From the NCBI RefSeq assembly GCF_009914755.1, contig NC_060939.1: DNA of 64,000 nucleotides, one strand, 5' to 3'. Positions 58,091-64,000 of the stretch are shown here, one piece after another (position 1 is the stretch's first letter; each line of letters starts with the position of its first letter). The stretch comes from the human T2T-CHM13v2.0 reference genome, Homo sapiens. The notes under the pieces were generated by a model, which saw only the letters and a list, made by a program, of their open reading frames with translations, made no database searches and was not told where the DNA came from. The position numbers were made by a program, and so were the translations under genes.

Positions 58091-58129
<39 letters not shown>
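58091..58129 (+). repeat. Poly(T)39 tract
   Basis: Read directly. Confidence 0.97.
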
Positions 58130-58132
<3 letters not shown>

Positions 58133-58606
58133 CTGCCTTCCCACAGAAGCCCCCTTTCCTTCTTGGTCATTTCAGTGTCCTTTCTTGAGCACCATTATCT
58201 CATTCCTGGGGTAAGGGGATCAGCTCTGCATTCAGTATTCCAAAGGCTAGTGCAGTGCACTGAAATTTATACTTCTGCTTTGTTTCCAATCCAAATTGAT
58301 TATTTTTTTTTCAGTTTTCATCCAGATGTTTGATATCATGTAAACACAGCTTGAAAGTGTTCCTGAACTGCTTACAGATGTATGCCAGTGACACCCTTTC
58401 CAAATTATATATAATGATTCTCTGGGTCTATTTATATCCATGTCATAGTCTCTGGCTTGAATTTTAGCTATAAGACTAAGTTGACAGAAAGTGAAAAATT
58501 CATGTGTATGGGTAAGTTGTCCACTTGATTAAAGACTCCAGATATTTGGAAATATTCAGGGATTGATGCCATTTTCCACTGAATGCTGACATGTCTGTAA
58601 CCATGA

Positions 58607-58990
58607 TGTTATGCCTGGATATTCGTGTCCATTCCAAACTCACATGTAGAGGCCTAGCTTCTATGTGATAGTATTTGAAGAGCAGGCCTTTGGGAGGTAA
58701 TTAGGGTTAGATGAAGTCACGAGGGTGGGACCCTTATAATGGGATTAATGCCCTTATAAGAAGAGACACAAGAACTCTCTCACTCTCTTTGCTCACAAGA
58801 AAGGTCAGCTGAGTACACAGCCAGAAGGTGCCCATCTGCTACCCAAAGGTAAAGCCTCACCAGAAACCAATCATACTGGCACCCTAATCTTAGACTTTCC
58901 GGCTCCAGAATGGTGAGAAAATTAGTTTTTGTTGTTTAAGCCACCTAGCCTGTGGTATTTTGTGATGGCAGCCTGAGCATGCTAATATAT
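58607..58990 (+). mobile_element. MaLR LTR (MLT1A/MSTD-like)
   Basis: ggcctttgggaggtaattagggttagatga...taagccacctagcctgtggtattttgtgatggcagcctgag. Confidence 0.8.
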
Positions 58991-59180
58991 TTGAGGACCC
59001 AGATTCTGTTGAGCCATTTAGTTTACAGTCACAGTGGCTCTCAAGTGTGCTGTATACCTATTTAGACTATTCATCTAGTGTTTGACACCAAAAAGATACC
59101 CTTTAAGGATCAAGGTCTGTCAATTCTTATCAAAGGCTTTATTGCAAGATACAGTATGTATAAGTGATTGCATAGAGGAT

Positions 59181-59753
59181 GTTGTAGAAAATTCTGTTTT
59201 CCAAAGATGGTGGCAACCATATCTCCCATCCACATGCTTTTTTATAATGTGATGACATGCCTTCTACCAAGAAGTGGGGTCTACGTCCCCTTTCTTTGAA
59301 TCTGGTTGGGCTTGTGACTTGCTTTGCAACCAACCAAATTCAGTGAAAGGGACTTTGGATAACTTCTGAGGCTAGGCCAGAAAAGACTATCCAGCTTTTG
59401 TCTGGCTCTCTGGGACATTCACATTTGGAGCGCTTAGCTGCTGCAGAAGAATTCTGATTACTGTCAACCTCCATGCAGTGAGGCAGCCTGGGTCATGTGG
59501 ACAAGCCATGTGTGAGTGCCCCTGTCCCAGCCAACAGCCAGCACCAGCCATCAGCTGTGTAAGTAAAGATGCTTCCAGATTCCGCCTTTCACATTGCCCC
59601 TATGTGAACACCAAATATCGTGGAACAGAGCAAGCTTTCCTTGTTGTTCCCTGTCCACATTACTCTTGCTCAAAATTGTAAGCAAACTAAAATAATAATT
59701 TTAAGCTACTAGGTTTTGGGGTAATTTGTTATGCACCTATAGTAACTGGAACA
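59181..59753 (+). mobile_element. MaLR LTR (MLT1G/H-like)
   Basis: ttccaaagatggtggcaac...ttttggggtaatttgttatgcacctatagtaactggaaca. Confidence 0.75.
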
Positions 59754-61644
59754 AATGTACATCTCACTGATTCCTCTTGCCAGGAAGATCCCACCCCTGA
59801 ATCACACTAGTCCAGCAGAAACCTACCTTGCTTAGATCTTGTCTTCAGCTGCTCTTGGGTGTGGTGCCCTGATTTGTACCAAAAGGCAGGATCAGAGGCA
59901 GCTATTCTGTAGAGATACTGTTGAGGACAGAACAGAGTTCATTTAGGGCTTACTGCAAGAAAAACTGCTTTCTTGAAGCAACTGGCATCTTGCAAATACT
60001 GTGAATCTTATCATTGCTCAGTTTTCCCTCTTTGCTTTGGCTTCTCTGATGCTTGGGACCAATTTTGGAACCAACTTGTAATAATTAATCTTATCTCGTT
60101 GTATCCTGCTATATTTATTTTTGTAGCCCCCTCAAAATACTTCTGGAACAACATGAGGTAAATGGATTAATGAAGGGAACAAATGTCCCTCAAATCACTA
60201 TAATGTTTGAGATTATTATTAGACTGATCTAGTTCCAACATATAACTTTATTGCAACTAAAAACCAAACATAATCTATACTCTCTAAAACAAAAATGCAA
60301 GAAGCTAAAAGGGGTAGTCTAAGCCAGATGTTAAAAGAAATAATCATCACTGCAAGGCAACACAATATCATGTAGTAAGCAAAATAATGAGATCCTTAGA
60401 CAGGAAAAATAATATTTCTTGAGCACACACTGACTCCCAGGTACAGATTTTCTAGGTCCTTTAGGTACACAATTTTATTTAATCCTGATAAAACAGCTCC
60501 ATGGGCTTGCAGCTATCTTATTTTGCTGAAGGCACGGATCAGATCCTGTTCATGTGAACACCATGCAGATGTGATTTTCGTGGAGAGGGGGTTTCGTTGT
60601 AATTAGTCATGGCCCAGAAGAAATTCAGTGCCCTGGTAGGGAAGGTGTAGTCACAAGAAGGAATAGTGACATTCCTGCAAGGGACAGTCTCTTACACAAC
60701 CATTACTTTCTGAGCTCATGCTTTCAGAACAGGATGTTTCATTTTCTTTCTCCTCTTCCACATTATCACCACTGTGCCCTGACCTCCTCTGGAAAATAAC
60801 ACTGCTTCTTCAGCGAGGCTCCCTGGAAACATCTCAGATGTCGGCTAGACTGTGGGTGAGGCTTCTGTCATTCCCAACTCTGAGAGCCTGCTTGTTTCTG
60901 GGCACTGACACACAGAGGCATGCCATTTCTCCCCATATATGGACGGGAACTGGGAAATGTGTTCTTGGTACCAAAATAATTCCTCTCAATGGATTCAGTC
61001 ATGAGCAGATCAGGCAAGCATCATGACCATGGGCTTCTGGGTGGGGCTTGGACATTCTTGCATTTTGTGTCATGAATTGTTCACTGTAATGATACCCTAC
61101 TTGCTGCCTTCTTGGTGAGGCAGTGATTTTAAGCACCAGAAAGGAGAAACCCTGACCTGTGGGCAAGAACTCCATCCAAGACCTAACCACAAGCTGCTGT
61201 TTATCTGGGTAATACTGCTGAAACTATGACTTAAATTCTCAAATTTCTCTAATGGCTTGTCTGTGTAAATGATCTTTTGGTTACTACTGGAGTTATAAGT
61301 AGGTATGAAGTGACTCAAGGGGTGATTTGGGTGAGCCAAACAGCTGGACACCTTCTCCCTGCTGGCCATGGCGCCTGAAGTTCTGTCATCAGTGCTTCAC
61401 ATCACTGAATCAAAAGGAATTTTTCAGTGTCCAAGAGTTCCCTAATAAAAATTTTCCTGGATTGATACTTGAAGCAGGTAGATGGGAGTCAAGGTAGGCT
61501 ACTGCCCTCTGTAAACTCAGCCCTCTCCTCCCCAGTTCCCAACCTACTAGCAACTAGTACCTGTGACCTTCGTAAGGTCCTGGTTTTGTCTGTACCAGTT
61601 CAGGATGTTAGTGTCCTTCACATGCCAGCAGATAGGGTTTGGCA

Positions 61645-62130
61645 GTTCACTCACTCATTATTAAGTCAGCAAATAGTTATTGGGCAGGTCCATCTCAGGG
61701 ATCAGGCATTTTGGCCAGACTCTGGGCATACTGGAGTGAACAAAGTCCCTGCCTTCATGGAGCACACATTATAGTGTAGGAAGTAGAGAACAACAAGTTC
61801 ACCGGTAATATACATTGGTGATATGGTGGCAAGTACTGGGGAGACAATGAGGTGGGGCTGGAGAGTGAAAAGGATGGGGAAAGATGTGAATGATATTGTA
61901 TATGGCAGACAGAGAGGTTCTCTTGGCTGAGGTGACAACTGGGCAGAGAGCTATAAGCAATGAGTGAGCTATTGGGACCAACCAGCATGCCAGGACAGGG
62001 AGTGGCTGGGGCAGAGCCCCTGAGTGGGAGCCTGCTTGGTGGGGCTGAGGAACAGCAGGAGGCCCAGGTGGTTGGGTGGAGGCATGGAAAGGGTGGTAGT
62101 GAGGAAGTCAGAGAGGTGGAGTGACAGGAG
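61645..62130 (-). mobile_element. L2 fragment
   Basis: ttcactcactcatt...gtgaacaaagtccctgccttcatggagcacacatt. Confidence 0.7.
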
Positions 62131-62609
62131 CAGTTACTCCTGATTCCCCAGTTTGAGTGCCTAGAAGGCGTGGAGTAAGCCCTGGTAGAGCACTCACTCG
62201 GGGGCTCCATCCTGAGCCCTGGTGACCTGGATGAGGCCGTGGAAACTGCCTGTCGACTCTCTTAGGGCTATAACCCCATCCTTCTCTTCTGTATCAGCAA
62301 ATATCATCCTGGCTACAGGGTGCTTTCCAGGGCCCTCCCTGGGATGACCTCTATAGCCTTTGATTGGCCACTTCCCACCTGCCCTGCACAAGCAGTGGGG
62401 GCAGGCATCTCGCAGGTGGCTCCCCTTTGCCCCAGCCCTATTCTGTCCCAGCTTCTGTGCTACCCCATAACCGTCCCCCACAACCATCCTCCCATCCCTT
62501 TACTGAGCTTGGACCTGTTTGCGTGAAATTATCAAGAGCTGTGAGAGCAGTTGTGGGCAAACACCTTCCACCTAGCCCGCCCTGGCTAAGCCTCTCCCGC
62601 CCTGGGGAA

Positions 62610-62820
62610 ATGTACTGAGTGCTTGCTATGTGCCAGGAACTGTGCCTTTCATATGTCAAGATTTCATTTAATCTACCCCACTTCTCAATGAGGTAATACT
62701 ACTAAGTTTTAGCCCAATTTTACAGATGAGGAAATGGCTAAGTAATTTGGCCAAGGTCACACAGCTGGTAAGTGGTGAAGTTTTGGTTGAAACCTAAACC
62801 TGTCTTCCCCAGAGTCCTTC
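62610..62820. mobile_element. MIR
   Basis: tactgagtgcttgctatgtgccagg...ttttacagatgaggaaa...ccaaggtcacacagct. Confidence 0.75.
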
Positions 62821-64000
62821 TTATTGAATGTGTGCAGGAAGAGGTTCTGAATGGAGAATGATAACAGGGACAGTTCTATTGCTCTAGGCATCAAGGAGCT
62901 GATCTATGCATCCTGCTCACATTGTTCGCCCACCAGGAATGAAGATCCTGGAAACTCTCCCATCATCCTCCACCAGTGACAGCTCTACTATTCCAGCAAC
63001 AAAAACGGCTCTGCTTATCTGGCCTGGAGTTCCCTGATTCCAAAAAGAAAAAATTCTGCATTTGTAGTATTTTCCCTGATGTATAAATATTCTTTTTCCT
63101 GGCCCTAATGCCTAGCCTCCTACATCCAACTTTCATTGAATGCCTGGTGGGTAGCAAGGGCTGGGAACACAAAGCCAGTTACAGCCTGGCCCCTGCCATC
63201 ATGGGGCACCCAGAGCAGAGGACCAAGTGACCTCTCGAGGCAGCTGCCCCATGACCCTGTTTTCCTGATGGAAAAACCACACTGCTGTCTTCCCCCACAA
63301 TTCCCCTCAGATCTGCAGGTTCTCACTGAGCAACTATTACCTGTCAGGTATGGTCTTGGGCCTGCTGAGGACACAGTGAAAAATGAGACCCTTCCAGTCT
63401 TAAGGAGTTAATAGCTGGATTTTGGGGGACAGGAGGCAATGCAGAGCAGGTGCAAGACAAGTACCCCAAACCCTCTGCCGGCAGGCAGACTATAAGGCGT
63501 CTTGTTGCTGAGCTATGTGTTTAAAAACAAAACAAAAAGTAAATAAAGACAATGCCATTTCAACAAGAGGAACCTGAAATGAGAATGGAAAAATATTTTA
63601 AAATTTTCATGACATTCAAACTGAAAATTATTTTGAATTAAACTGGTGTTTTGAAAAAGTTCCACATTTATCTCACGTGGCTTTTTGAGAGCTTTCTAGT
63701 AGATTAGGAAGCTCCTGTGCAACTGGTTAGTTCTGTTTTCACTCAGCCTCCAGATGTAGAACTCATAGGGAAAATCAACCCTGTTTCCAGGAGGAATTAC
63801 CAAAACATAGATTTGAAGGCAACTTTCTTTGGCTCAGAAAGTATCATTTGTTTTCTGTTGTGGTTTCATTTGGGTCTCCTCATTCCTCAGGGAGAGCCAG
63901 GAGAAGGCCCAGTGTCCCCAGAGCTGTGAGCTACTGGGCACTGTTGGGAGATCACTTGGCACTCTGAAGTGCCAAATGTCCTCTCTGCCACCAGGCGTGT

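Overview
Human (primate) genomic DNA containing the whole TNFAIP8L3 (TIPE3) gene on the minus strand; from memory this is chr15q21.2. The long isoform joins three coding exons (56849-56678, 46357-46214, 10081-9519): 879 nt, 292 aa. The short isoform starts at a strong-Kozak ATG at 46265 inside a CpG island and gives 204 aa. The 3' UTR carries an Alu and probably ends near AATAAA signals at about 8260 and 8210. The rest is intronic and flanking DNA dense in Alu, MIR, L1, L2, CR1, LTR and DNA-transposon remnants. I found no convincing new biological system. The best leads are modest: a young AluYa5, an intragenic CpG-rich L2/ERV1-LTR module that looks like an alternative promoter, a candidate 99-nt poison exon, divergent splice donors and a G-rich minisatellite at the promoter, a weakly supported long-isoform N-terminus, and several nested insertions. 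Repeat family names come from recalled consensus sequences, not a database search, and boundaries without a target-site duplication (TSD) are approximate.
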